Assembly: GCA_903834195.1 (NCBI GenBank) | Contig: CAILIB010000003.1 | Coordinates: 5,477 to 69,476, forward strand | DNA from: an uncultured Candidatus Berkelbacteria bacterium | GTDB taxonomy: Bacteria; Patescibacteriota; UBA1384; CAILIB01 | Reading direction: 5' to 3' | Length of the DNA: 64,000 nucleotides | Part shown: positions 1 to 12,477 of the stretch, piece after piece | How the letters are laid out: the number at the start of each line of letters is the position of its first letter | Position numbering within the stretch: the first letter of the stretch is position 1 | Notes under the pieces: model-generated | Seen by the model: only the letters and a program-made list of their open reading frames with translations | Database searches by the model: none | What the model was told of the DNA's origin: nothing | Made by a program: the position numbers and the translations under genes

Positions 1-1
1 C

Positions 2-157
2 CTACCGTTCTACGCTCTCGAGTTATTTGTAGGAGTAATACAAGCTCTCGTATTCTGTTTCCTCACCATTGTTTTTGCATCTATTGCTATCAGTGATCAC
101 GGCGAACCACATGCCGAGGTGCCACTGGAAGCAGTAGCTGTTCAAACAAGTAAGTAA
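2..157 (+). CDS. atpB: ATP synthase F0 subunit a, 3' end only
   Basis: Manual translation LPFYALELFVGVIQALVFCFLT...SK* matches the subunit a C-terminal ELxVxxIQAxVF motif; lies directly upstream of atpE. Confidence 0.93.
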   Translation, partial: LPFYALELFVGVIQALVFCFLTIVFASIAISDHGEPHAEVPLEAVAVQTSK

Positions 158-178
158 AATAAGTAGTAGGAGTTCACA

Positions 179-406
179 ATGAATGTTGATTCTGCACGAC
201 TGTTCGCAATGGCAATCGCCATCGGTATCGGAGTAGTAGGCCCAGCCCTAGCCATGGGACTTATCGCAGGCCGCGGTCTTGAAGCAATTGGTCGCAACCC
301 AGAGACTGAAAACTCAGTTCGAAACACCATGGTACTTGCCTTGGCTTTCTGTGAGTCATTGGCAATTTTTGCCCTCGTAGTTGCCTTGATCATTAAGTTC
401 GTATAA
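179..406 (+). CDS. atpE: ATP synthase F0 subunit c
   Basis: Two TM helices, RNP loop, conserved Glu in FCESL; AGGAG SD upstream. Confidence 0.97.
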   Translation: MNVDSARLFAMAIAIGIGVVGPALAMGLIAGRGLEAIGRNPETENSVRNTMVLALAFCESLAIFALVVALIIKFV

Positions 407-409
407 CCC

Positions 410-892
410 ATGGAAGGCCTCGGCATTGATCTACGCCTGATTATCTTTCAGCTGATTAATTTCATCTTGCTGTTAGGTATTTTGACGTACCTTCTTCATA
501 AACCCATTTTGAAATTGATCGAAACCCGTCAACGGGAGATTAAAGAAGGGTTGGAAAATGCCGCCAAGGCTAAAGCCGCCCTTGAAAAAGCTGAGGAGCA
601 GCAAAAAGAAATGCTGGCTGAGGCTGAAAAACAAGGACGTGCACTCGTGGAAGAAGTACGTGCTCAAGCAAAAGAACTGGAGAAGGTTCTAGAAAACCGA
701 GCAGCTGAAAAAGCAGATAAAATGGTTCAACGTGCTGAAGAAGAAATTCAAGCTGATCGTCTCCGTCTGCATACCGAGCTAAAAGGTGAACTTGCTGCCA
801 TGGTAGTTACTGCCACGAGCAAGGTTTTGCACGAGAACCTGAAGGAAGAAAAGCGTTCTCAAATAGAAAAAATGGTTAACACACTGTCATGA
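410..892 (+). CDS. atpF: ATP synthase F0 subunit b
   Basis: N-terminal TM (FQLINFILLLGIL) followed by charged coiled coil; operon position. Confidence 0.95.
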   Translation: MEGLGIDLRLIIFQLINFILLLGILTYLLHKPILKLIETRQREIKEGLENAAKAKAALEKAEEQQKEMLAEAEKQGRALVEEVRAQAKELEKVLENRAAEKADKMVQRAEEEIQADRLRLHTELKGELAAMVVTATSKVLHENLKEEKRSQIEKMVNTLS

Positions 893-1212
893 GTACTGCC
901 AAAACCATTGCTGAACGCTTTATCACCTACCTAAAGGAAGAAGAGCAAATTGAACACCTTGAAGAAATCGCTGGATATATTCAAGCTGAAGCTCTTCGTC
1001 GTCAAGAAATTCATGTTATATCTGCCCTCGAACTTGACGCAAAGGAACGAAAATCACTCGAAAAAACCTTACATGAAAAGTGGGGAGAACACCCAACTAT
1101 TTTCACCTGTGACCCAATTATTCTTTCCGGAGTAATCATCAAATACAGCGACACAATTATAGACCTGTCGGGACGCGCCTCACTTACCGACTTAGCCACT
1201 CACCTGAAATAA
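889..1212 (+). CDS. atpH: ATP synthase F1 subunit delta, short form
   Basis: VISALEL...[10 protein letters not shown]...IIDLSG matches the delta C-terminal domain; between atpF and atpA. Confidence 0.88.
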   Translation: MSTAKTIAERFITYLKEEEQIEHLEEIAGYIQAEALRRQEIHVISALELDAKERKSLEKTLHEKWGEHPTIFTCDPIILSGVIIKYSDTIIDLSGRASLTDLATHLK

Positions 1213-1213
1213 T

Positions 1214-2725
1214 ATGGCAGAAGACACATTACTTAACGAACTAAAGGAAAAGCTTGGTTCTTGGAAACCAACCTCACACGAACAAACCGTAGGTATTGTT
1301 GAACGCGTTGGTGACGGTATTGCTTCGGTTAGTGGATTACCAAACACTCGCGCCGGCGAACTTCTCCACATTCAAACAGAAGAAGGTCCTGTTCCAGCCA
1401 TGACACTCAACCTTGAAGAGCAACGTATCGGAGTTGTAATTTTAGGAGCCGCTGAAAAAGTTCAAGCAGGTATGACAGTTATTGGTACCGGACAAGTTGC
1501 CACTATGCCAGTAAGTGCCGAAATGATCGGTCGCACGGTCAATGCACTTGGTGAACCAATTGATGGTCGCGGCGATATTAAAGCTGAAAAAAACATTCCA
1601 ATCGAGCGTGTTGCCCCTGGCGTAATTACGCGTGAAGGAGTAAATCAACCACTTCAAACCGGCATAATGGCAATTGACGCCATGATTCCAGTTGGACGGG
1701 GACAGCGCGAGTTAATTATCGGTGATCGTGGTACTGGAAAGACATCGATTGCCATTGATACAATTATCAACCAAAGAAATTCAGGAGTTACCTGTATTTA
1801 CGTTGCGATTGGTCAAAAGGAATCAAAAATTGCTCGACTCCGAGCAGAGCTTGAACAAGCTGATGCAATGGAGCACACAATTATCGTGGCTGCCGGCGCT
1901 TCTGATCCCGCCGCAATGCAGTATCTTGCCCCATATGCAGGCTGTGCCCTTGGTGAGTTCTTCATGGAACAAGGCAAAGATGCTCTGATCATTTACGATG
2001 ATCTTTCCAAGCACGCTGTTGCATACCGTGAAATCTCACTATTACTACGCCGTCCACCAGGTCGTGAAGCGTATCCAGGTGACGTTTTTTACCTTCACTC
2101 CCGTCTTTTGGAGCGCGCTGCCAAATTAAATAAAGAAAACGGCGGAGGATCACTTACTGCTCTGCCAATTATTGAAACACAAGCTGGTGACGTTGCTGCG
2201 TACATTCCTACAAACGTAATTTCAATTACTGACGGTCAGATTTACCTCGAGAGTGATCTCTTCTACCAAGGTGTTCGCCCTGCAGTAAACGTGGGTATTT
2301 CAGTTTCTCGCGTAGGTGGAGCAGCTCAGGTTAAGTCAATGAAAAAAGTGGCTGGACCACTCCGTATTGGTTTGGCACAGTATCGTGAACTTGCATCATT
2401 TGCCCAGTTTGGTTCAGATCTTGATAGTGAGACCCAGGGTCGTATTGACCGTGGCCGACGTCTTACCGAACTTCTCAAACAACCTCAAAGTGAGCCAATT
2501 CCGGTTGGAGAGCAGATTGCCCTTCTATACGCTGGTACACGTGGACTTATCGACAAGATTGCGCCAGAAAAGATCCGCGGCTTCATCGAATTTACTCGTG
2601 ATGAATTAAGTCGAAATCACGCCGATCTGCTTACAAAACTTTCAACCGAAGCATTTGAAGAACCGCTTGAAGCCGAATTGAAATCTACACTAGAAAAGCT
2701 TATTACCTCGTATAGTCACCTCTAA
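1214..2725 (+). CDS. atpA: ATP synthase F1 subunit alpha
   Basis: GDRGTGKT P-loop, [23 protein letters not shown]. Confidence 0.99.
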   Translation: MAEDTLLNELKEKLGSWKPTSHEQTVGIVERVGDGIASVSGLPNTRAGELLHIQTEEGPVPAMTLNLEEQRIGVVILGAAEKVQAGMTVIGTGQVATMPVSAEMIGRTVNALGEPIDGRGDIKAEKNIPIERVAPGVITREGVNQPLQTGIMAIDAMIPVGRGQRELIIGDRGTGKTSIAIDTIINQRNSGVTCIYVAIGQKESKIARLRAELEQADAMEHTIIVAAGASDPAAMQYLAPYAGCALGEFFMEQGKDALIIYDDLSKHAVAYREISLLLRRPPGREAYPGDVFYLHSRLLERAAKLNKENGGGSLTALPIIETQAGDVAAYIPTNVISITDGQIYLESDLFYQGVRPAVNVGISVSRVGGAAQVKSMKKVAGPLRIGLAQYRELASFAQFGSDLDSETQGRIDRGRRLTELLKQPQSEPIPVGEQIALLYAGTRGLIDKIAPEKIRGFIEFTRDELSRNHADLLTKLSTEAFEEPLEAELKSTLEKLITSYSHL

Positions 2726-3597
2726 TGGCTTCTACTCGCGAACTTCGCCGCCACATTCGCTCCATTCGCGCCACTCGCCAAGTCACCAAGGCGATGGAGA
2801 TGGTTTCGAGTTCAAAGATGCGACGCGCAATAACTTCAACACTGGCTACCCGTCCGTACGCTGAACGTGCTCTCGCTGTAATTGCCGATTTAAATGCTGC
2901 TAGCGGAGAAGTTACTCATCCCCTACTCACATCTCGTCCAGTTAAAAAGGTTACTCTTGTAACAATTTCTTCAGATCGCGGACTTGCTGGCGCATATGAT
3001 TCATCAATAACTCGTGCTGCTGCTCAATTTATTCAGGAGCGCCAAGCAGAAAAACAGCATGTTACGCTTATTACCTTAGGACGAAAGAGTGAAACAGCTC
3101 TCAGTCACTTAGGTTTTACTGCCGAGCAAAGTTATCCACATTCACTCAGTCATCCAGATCCTGCTGATACCACACCAATTAGTTCAATGCTCACTGGTCG
3201 GTTCTTGAATGGTGAAACAGACGAAGTCTACGTTGTATGGACAAGTTTTAAGAGCGCTCTCAAACAGGAGACTGAGTTACGAAAACTTCTACCACTCCGG
3301 AACGATCTACCTGCCGTCACACCTACACATCAGACCCAATTTCTCTACGAACCCTCCCCTGAAGTTGTTCTCAATTATATTTTGCCACGTCTCGTAGATG
3401 CGCAGTTCTATCAGTTTTTACAGGAATCACTCGCTTCAGAACATGCTGCTCGTCGCCTGGCTATGAATAATGCCAGTGAAAATGCCTCTTCGATTATTGA
3501 TGACCTCCAACTTACCTATAACGGCGTTCGTCAATCTTCAATTACTCAAGAAATTGCTGAAATTACTGGCGGTGCTGCCGCCCTTGAAGAACGTTAA
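2725..3597 (+). CDS. atpG: ATP synthase F1 subunit gamma
   Basis: TKAMEMVS, SDRGLAG, RQSSITQEIAEI motifs. Confidence 0.98.
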   Translation: MASTRELRRHIRSIRATRQVTKAMEMVSSSKMRRAITSTLATRPYAERALAVIADLNAASGEVTHPLLTSRPVKKVTLVTISSDRGLAGAYDSSITRAAAQFIQERQAEKQHVTLITLGRKSETALSHLGFTAEQSYPHSLSHPDPADTTPISSMLTGRFLNGETDEVYVVWTSFKSALKQETELRKLLPLRNDLPAVTPTHQTQFLYEPSPEVVLNYILPRLVDAQFYQFLQESLASEHAARRLAMNNASENASSIIDDLQLTYNGVRQSSITQEIAEITGGAAALEER

Positions 3598-3600
3598 TTT

Positions 3601-6450
<2,850 letters not shown>

Positions 6451-6466
6451 CGGCGCGAGTTAGGAT

Positions 6467-7021
6467 TTATGACGGAATCCGTTCCGCCACATAGATAAAG
6501 AGTCCTGGTGCCATCGACGGATACTCCTGGGCACGTTTTTCTGGGATATGTCGCCAGAGAATTGTCGTTTGTAGTGTCGTAAAGATTCCAATACTAGCTT
6601 CAACTTCTAGATCAATTCTCTCCTGTGAACTTCGTGCTTGCTCTACTTCAGGAAAGAACTGATCACCATTTGGTTTAGAAATCCACAATACTGGAATACT
6701 TGTAGATACACGCTTTAAGCTAAGCGGAACTGAAAGCGCTGATCCAATCCATGCCCAATCAAGATCCTTTCGAACATCATCCAAGAGCGTTTCAAGATCT
6801 TTTAGAGTTGGATTAGGAATTTGTTTTGCATTAAACCCAATATCCGGATAGATAAACCTTCCGAGGGCATCAGAGAGGCCCGGAAAGAAAGGTTGCATCC
6901 TACTTCGCAAAAGCTCAACGGATGAAAAACGATTTGAATTGCTAAAAGCAAATTCGACAGTTGAATAACAATCAAAAGGACTAAACATGCGCCCAGAAAA
7001 ATCTAATTCACCATTTAACAA
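6467..7021 (-). CDS. Hypothetical protein
   Basis: 184-aa ORF filling the gap; TTG start preceded by GAGGTG SD; no recognised motif. Confidence 0.55.
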   Translation of the reverse strand: MLNGELDFSGRMFSPFDCYSTVEFAFSNSNRFSSVELLRSRMQPFFPGLSDALGRFIYPDIGFNAKQIPNPTLKDLETLLDDVRKDLDWAWIGSALSVPLSLKRVSTSIPVLWISKPNGDQFFPEVEQARSSQERIDLEVEASIGIFTTLQTTILWRHIPEKRAQEYPSMAPGLFIYVAERIPS

Positions 7022-7074
7022 GGGTCACCTCACTCGGGAAGATACCAGAAAACAAACTTAATTTAAAGTAAAAA

Positions 7075-8448
7075 CTACTTTTGTAAGAATTTCTTAGCTA
7101 TTTGAGTTGTCACTCCCAAGCGTTTTAGTTCTACAATTAATTGCTGTGCACGAATGTTTTTTTGAGCTTTATTTTTTAAATAAAGTAATAAAAGTGAATC
7201 CCACAATCCAGCCTCTGACACACTCAGAGTTCCACCAATTTCAGAAATTCGACTTGAACTCATAAATTGAACTCTATCACTTGAAGTGTTCAAGCTTTGT
7301 ACAAGTTGGACTACAATAATTTCCGTATTCCAATTTACAGAGTCAATCATATGCTCCATGAAATATGAAACTACCGTTTCCATGGTTTGCCCAGTCATCA
7401 ATAAATACTGTGCAACAATCAATCTTTCAGTAAATGGCAGGTAGGCAAAATCAGCTAAGCGAATCTCCAACTCCTGCAAGAAAGTAATAACTTTGGGAAG
7501 TTCTTTAGAAGTACTTTTTGTAAGCACAGCTGCACGCAAATACTGGGCGCGTAAAAATTCACGAGTACCAGCAACTTCTCGAATGTATCGTTCAATAGTT
7601 ACAAGTGGCACATTTTTTCGCTCACCAAATTCAAGAATACTTTTACACACATCAAGTGGAGTAAGTAACCCAATATTAAGAAATGGTGAAAGTGCACTAT
7701 GTGCACCTACAAGCGAATCACTTAAGAGATCATACCGTGCAGCAAAGTGAATTAGTCGGTCATCTTGAAAGTCAGCTAACCAATCCTTTGCATCATTATG
7801 TGTTACAGGCCAAATGAACGGATTAGTAGCACCGGGATTATGTGAAAAATACGTAGCAATATACTCCTGAGCTTCATCTACATACCGATTTGGCTCCATT
7901 TCTGTTACACCAGGCAATTCCTTAGAGGTATCATCACGATCTAGGGTTGCAAAACTCCATCGCCCACCTACTGGCTTACCTTCTGCATCAACTAATAATC
8001 CATGCACCTTACGAGCTGCTTCGTACACTTTTGCATGTGTAAAATTCTGACCTAACGATGAAATATTTTCACGTGTTAGTAAAAATAAATCTGAAGACCT
8101 CTCTTTTGTTGTAATTCCTGCCTTGGAAAAGGACTGTAAGAAGTCTTCATACGTCGTATGATCTGTGATTTCGAAATGTTCAACATCAGTTACACCACGT
8201 TTTTTAAGATGTGTTACCACACTTTCAAGATTTGGATACTGCTGAATATCTAGATACTCAACCTCAAACCCTTTAGTAAGCAAACGCTCTCGCATCGCCT
8301 GCATACTTGCTCGGTGTAAAATCAACTTTTGTTTATGAAATGTGAATCGAGTAAAGTACTCTTCACTTTCGATAATATGAAAAACAGTGTCCGCCGGTAG
8401 ACGGGACAAGGTGCTGAACAAATGATTAGGGAAAATTAGCAGATTCAT
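7075..8448 (-). CDS. Cryptochrome/photolyase-related protein (PhrB/DPRP-like), degenerate C-terminal half
   Basis: LIFPNHLF, FHKQKLILHRASM, PVGGRWSF, WPVT, HSALSPFLNIGLLTP motifs. Confidence 0.85.
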   Translation of the reverse strand: MNLLIFPNHLFSTLSRLPADTVFHIIESEEYFTRFTFHKQKLILHRASMQAMRERLLTKGFEVEYLDIQQYPNLESVVTHLKKRGVTDVEHFEITDHTTYEDFLQSFSKAGITTKERSSDLFLLTRENISSLGQNFTHAKVYEAARKVHGLLVDAEGKPVGGRWSFATLDRDDTSKELPGVTEMEPNRYVDEAQEYIATYFSHNPGATNPFIWPVTHNDAKDWLADFQDDRLIHFAARYDLLSDSLVGAHSALSPFLNIGLLTPLDVCKSILEFGERKNVPLVTIERYIREVAGTREFLRAQYLRAAVLTKSTSKELPKVITFLQELEIRLADFAYLPFTERLIVAQYLLMTGQTMETVVSYFMEHMIDSVNWNTEIIVVQLVQSLNTSSDRVQFMSSSRISEIGGTLSVSEAGLWDSLLLLYLKNKAQKNIRAQQLIVELKRLGVTTQIAKKFLQK

Positions 8449-8498
8449 AATAGAATGTGTTGGCCCATTCTAGCAGAATCTGCTCCTAGTGCGAGTAC

Positions 8499-10373
8499 TC
8501 AGTTTGCTGAGCCAGTATTTGTGCTAATCGTATCACTTATTGAGTTTCCATCTTGAATCATAAAGTGACCACTAACCTTTCCAGTCACTGGGTCAATTTG
8601 TACACATGTTAACGTATAATTTTTCCCAGTACTAACATATGTGTAATGATATGTTGAAACTTCAGGATCAGCTGCAATCTTATTAACTATAGCTATAAAC
8701 TTGGGATCTTGAGCAAGTATATTATTAGGATCATCTAAATTCTCAATCACACCGTTCGTAGTTGGAGCTAACCCATCAACATTTGAATCATCCATTTTAT
8801 AGAACTCAATGGCTTTACCAAGTTCTGTAATGTCAGATTTTCGAGTCGCATTCATCGCTTTTATTTTTATATCACCAGACTGGCTTACCGCAGAATTATA
8901 CTCACCCAATAGAATATCTCGAACACTCAACACGTAAGCTGAATTTCCAAACCAGTCTGTATCAGGCTGATATACAGTACCGTCCATCAAATTTTGAACA
9001 GCCGTATTAAATGTACTTGAAACATAATTTTCACCATTTGGAATAGTATCGGTACTTGCAGGCTTATCAATTGAAGGCACTCCATAACTTACAACTTCAC
9101 TCATACTCAACGAAAATCGAACATTACTCGCAGTATCAGGTTCGGAAAATGTAAGATCAACACTATGTAACTGAGCAGTTTCCGGAGTCATTTCTATTAC
9201 AGCATCAAGAGTGAAGTCACCTGCATCAGCTACATCTTTGAAATCAGATTTGTAATCTGATAATGCTTTTATATCTTGCAACTTTATTAACGTGTTTTTA
9301 TCGAGACGCAATGTATATTTTGCATATGCAGTACCATTGTCGCGAATAATACCATTATCCGTACCTACAGCATCAATAATTGCAGCTAACGCTTTCGTAT
9401 CGCTATCTGAAAGATTTTTCATAATCGAAGTATCAGGATGCATAAAAGTATCCAAATAGCTTTGGGGAACATCTATACGCAACCACTTCCCCTTATCTGG
9501 AACTGACTGATATGGGATAAGATTTGATTTTACCAGCGCTTGTTTGTCGCCAGGGAAAAGAAGGGTTGCAAAGGTTAGCTTAGAAGATGCTGTGGGTGTA
9601 ATAGTCGTTTTAGGAAGTAGTTTAGCGATATCAGTAAAATCTAACGATGCAGTGAGAGAAGTATTTTTTGAAGCGTCCTGAGAGTACCCTAGATCCGCTG
9701 AGAAACTGAGTGGCAATAAACTATCAATATTGAACTGGTCTGAAACGACTTGCGCACAAGGTGATGTTTGACACTGCGGGACATCTGCCAATGTATTTCC
9801 TGAATCCGAAAGAAATGCCAACGATGAGAAAATTTTACTATCCCCTAGCTGCAAACCTTTTGCTTTATCAATTTTATCCACTGTAAATGAAAATTTTGCA
9901 GCACTACTCCCAATACTTGAACTCGTAGTATTTAGAAGCATTTTCCCCAAACTAACAGAGGCCTTTCCATAGGTTCCATGCCACAATAGCGGAAGTGGTG
10001 TTTTACGGTATAACTTTGAAAAGCCTGGCAAATACCCATGTTCAGCGAAAGCTACTCCTGTACCAAACAAGACAATAACTACACCTAACGCAATACTGGT
10101 TGGAATAAGATATTTTCGAAAATGTACCCGTGCAGTACGAGCAGGCTTAGCCGGCTTAGCTTCTGATTGAACTGTTGACTCACTGTGTGCAAACAATGTT
10201 TCAACCTGAAGTGTTTCAGTTTGTACAGCTTGATGTACATCAACTTTAGGAGAAAAAGCTTGCGCAACAAGCTCATCAGACCAACCGGCAGTATGCAACT
10301 GAAGTCGAATTTCTTCATCAGAAAATCCACTCGCTCTACAGTTGTCTATATAATTCTGTAATTCCGGGTTCAT
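8499..10373 (-). CDS. Single-TM protein with CPR-type N-terminal helical domain and C-terminal pilin/GspG-like segment
   Basis: MNPELQNYI..GFSDEEIR..AGW N-terminus; TM near aa 89-109; NATRKSDITELGKAIEFYKMD...DP...YTY...YTL near the C-terminus. Confidence 0.7.
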   Translation of the reverse strand: MNPELQNYIDNCRASGFSDEEIRLQLHTAGWSDELVAQAFSPKVDVHQAVQTETLQVETLFAHSESTVQSEAKPAKPARTARVHFRKYLIPTSIALGVVIVLFGTGVAFAEHGYLPGFSKLYRKTPLPLLWHGTYGKASVSLGKMLLNTTSSSIGSSAAKFSFTVDKIDKAKGLQLGDSKIFSSLAFLSDSGNTLADVPQCQTSPCAQVVSDQFNIDSLLPLSFSADLGYSQDASKNTSLTASLDFTDIAKLLPKTTITPTASSKLTFATLLFPGDKQALVKSNLIPYQSVPDKGKWLRIDVPQSYLDTFMHPDTSIMKNLSDSDTKALAAIIDAVGTDNGIIRDNGTAYAKYTLRLDKNTLIKLQDIKALSDYKSDFKDVADAGDFTLDAVIEMTPETAQLHSVDLTFSEPDTASNVRFSLSMSEVVSYGVPSIDKPASTDTIPNGENYVSSTFNTAVQNLMDGTVYQPDTDWFGNSAYVLSVRDILLGEYNSAVSQSGDIKIKAMNATRKSDITELGKAIEFYKMDDSNVDGLAPTTNGVIENLDDPNNILAQDPKFIAIVNKIAADPEVSTYHYTYVSTGKNYTLTCVQIDPVTGKVSGHFMIQDGNSISDTISTNTGSAN

Positions 10374-10432
10374 GAAACGAAATTATGGTGAAGTATACAT
10401 ATAGTATACGGCCAGTGCAGCTATTTTGCTAT

Positions 10433-11482
10433 TTATGCTGTACGAGCTGCAAGGTAGTCTACAAGCCCCACCCACGCTGAACGCGTATCTTCCGAAACAT
10501 TTTGTTGAAAAACCATATTTCGTGCACTATCAAAATATCGTGTAACTTCTGAACGTACGTACGTTTCAGCTCCACAACTCGTGAAAAGCCACCGTAATCG
10601 ATTTGGATCAACTGAATTACACCCTCGTATTCGTTCCAACTCTCGTCGATACCGTGCAGGTGCCTTATGCATAACGTATTCAGTCAACATCGTATGTTGC
10701 CCATTCACTATCTCTAACATCACAGACTTTTGTATACCTGCTGAACTACCATAGACATCAAGAATATCGTCTTGAAGTTGAAAGGCGAGCCCAATATCTT
10801 GTCCGTACATTTCACAAAAAGAAAGCATTTCTTCAGGAGCACCTGAAAGAATTGCTCCAATTTTCATCGGATATATAAAAGTGTACCAGGCAGTTTTTAG
10901 TTCTGTTTTGCGTAGAATTTCAGTCTCAGAAACATCAGCAAACGTAGTAACATCTAAATCCAACATTTCTCCAAGCACAACTCGATTCATCATTTGGTGA
11001 AATTGTGTTAATACCGAACCCATTTTATTAACAGGAACAGTCCGTTCAAGAATTTCAAATGACCAATTTGCAAGCAAATCACCAACCAATAAGGCCTGGC
11101 TACGCGCAATATGATCAATATCACCCAATCGTCCTTGAGAGTACATGTACCTTTTAAGGTGCGCATGAAGGGTAGGTATGCCATGTCGAATTAATCCATG
11201 ATCAATCAGATCATCGTGGACGAGAGCAAATGCATGAAATAATTCAAACGCGCAGACAAGTTCAGCAATATTATCCACTTCAGTCCCACCTAAACAACTG
11301 TACATCGTATACGCTACAAATGGTCGCGCACGCTTGCCTCCAGCAAGTATTATTTCTGAAACATGACGTACAGCTTCCTGAACTAACGGATTTGGAGCAT
11401 CAAATAGACACCGCTGCATGGTGTCTTCTAGAGTCTTCTCCAGATAAGGCTGAAGTGTATGTTTAAATTGGACAATATCCAC
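10433..11482 (-). CDS. Polyprenyl synthetase (short-chain FPP/GGPP synthase)
   Basis: GGKRARP, HDDLID (FARM), KTAWYT, QLQDDILD (SARM); Phe five residues before FARM suggests a short product. Confidence 0.93.
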   Translation of the reverse strand: MDIVQFKHTLQPYLEKTLEDTMQRCLFDAPNPLVQEAVRHVSEIILAGGKRARPFVAYTMYSCLGGTEVDNIAELVCAFELFHAFALVHDDLIDHGLIRHGIPTLHAHLKRYMYSQGRLGDIDHIARSQALLVGDLLANWSFEILERTVPVNKMGSVLTQFHQMMNRVVLGEMLDLDVTTFADVSETEILRKTELKTAWYTFIYPMKIGAILSGAPEEMLSFCEMYGQDIGLAFQLQDDILDVYGSSAGIQKSVMLEIVNGQHTMLTEYVMHKAPARYRRELERIRGCNSVDPNRLRWLFTSCGAETYVRSEVTRYFDSARNMVFQQNVSEDTRSAWVGLVDYLAARTA

Positions 11483-11529
11483 CCCTCCATGTTACGGACG
11501 GGAGATTAAAGATTTATTAATTATTAAAA

Positions 11530-12333
11530 CTAACTCAATGCTACACTTCCTGCGTCTTCAATAATGAATCCTTCTGCAAGCATTTGAGCATATGCTGGCG
11601 CCACACGATCATCTACAATTTTAGTTTCATTAACTAGTTCCTGATAAGTAAGTTTTTGATGTTGCGTGAGCACACGTAAAATTGCACCGCGAACTTCCCG
11701 GTTTGAGCCAGCAAGCTTCCCCTGTTTTACATAATGTAAACTTCGACGATTTGGATTTGGTAAAGTCTTTGCTAATTGAGATCCATAATCCATCAATGCG
11801 TAATACCACTCACGCGGGTTATCTGCATCCAACGTCGCTTCAATGAGAGGCATTAAATCTTTGTCAGAAACCACAGAATCAGGGGCGAAAAAGTGATGAA
11901 TATACACCCGCCGTATATTAGTCTCAATTACCGGCACCGGTATATTAAATGCAAACGCTAAAATTGCTCCAGAAGTGTACGGCCCTATTCCTGGTAAAGA
12001 CACTAACTCTGTTTGCGTATGTGGTAATAGACCTGCGTACTTTTCAACAACTACCTGAGCCATCTTCTTAAGCGACAACGCCCGTCGATTATACCCAAGC
12101 CCCTGCCAAAGCGTAAAAAGTTCAGCATTATTCACTTCAGATAATGCTTGCCAATTTGGGAGAGCAGATAAAAATGCCTGATATTTTGGAACAACACGAT
12201 CAGTTTGAGTTTGCTGCAACATAATCTCTGAAACCGTAATCGCGTAGGGATCTTTGGTTTCACGCCATGGAAAAGATCTGCCATGTTTCAGGTAGTGATC
12301 AAAAATAATCTGCTTGAATTCAGTAATTTCCAT
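11530..12333 (-). CDS. mutY: A/G-specific adenine glycosylase, short Cys-free form
   Basis: PWR, SEIMLQQT, WQGLGYNRRA, LPGIGPYT helix-hairpin-helix. Confidence 0.9.
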   Translation of the reverse strand: MEITEFKQIIFDHYLKHGRSFPWRETKDPYAITVSEIMLQQTQTDRVVPKYQAFLSALPNWQALSEVNNAELFTLWQGLGYNRRALSLKKMAQVVVEKYAGLLPHTQTELVSLPGIGPYTSGAILAFAFNIPVPVIETNIRRVYIHHFFAPDSVVSDKDLMPLIEATLDADNPREWYYALMDYGSQLAKTLPNPNRRSLHYVKQGKLAGSNREVRGAILRVLTQHQKLTYQELVNETKIVDDRVAPAYAQMLAEGFIIEDAGSVALS

Positions 12334-12404
12334 ACACGTATTGTAGCAAAATAAAAAGCCTCGCCTTGTAGTCTTCTACACGTATTTGCCAAAATAAAAA
12401 GACC
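12333..12404. repeat. Imperfect tandem duplication of a ~28-nt terminator-tail/promoter segment
   Basis: TACACGTATT-gtag-CAAAATAAAAAG (from 12333) and TACACGTATT-tgc-CAAAATAAAAAG (from 12377). Confidence 0.7.
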
Positions 12405-12469
12405 GTTTCATTTAGTCTCCGCAACCCTATTTTTAATCCAGGGTGAGGACCAACTAAAGAAACGGTCTT
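12391..12469 (-). terminator. Long hairpin with U-tract downstream of the DEAD-box helicase
   Basis: AAGACCGTTTC (12399-12409) pairs with GAAACGGTCTT (12459-12469); inner stems TTTAGT/ACTAAA and ACCCT/AGGGT; U-rich tail on the minus strand. Confidence 0.75.
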
Positions 12470-12477
12470 AATTATTT

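Noticed and set aside
179..406. Na+-coupled c subunit (ES motif)
   Set aside because: The Gln/Glu in helix 1, and the Thr and Tyr of the Na+ signature, are replaced by Met, Leu and Phe; probably H+-coupled
8451..8483. Inverted repeats TAGAATG/CATTCTA and GCAGA/TCTGC before the photolyase-like gene as an operator
   Set aside because: Short, single occurrence and overlapping the -10 box; cannot be separated from chance
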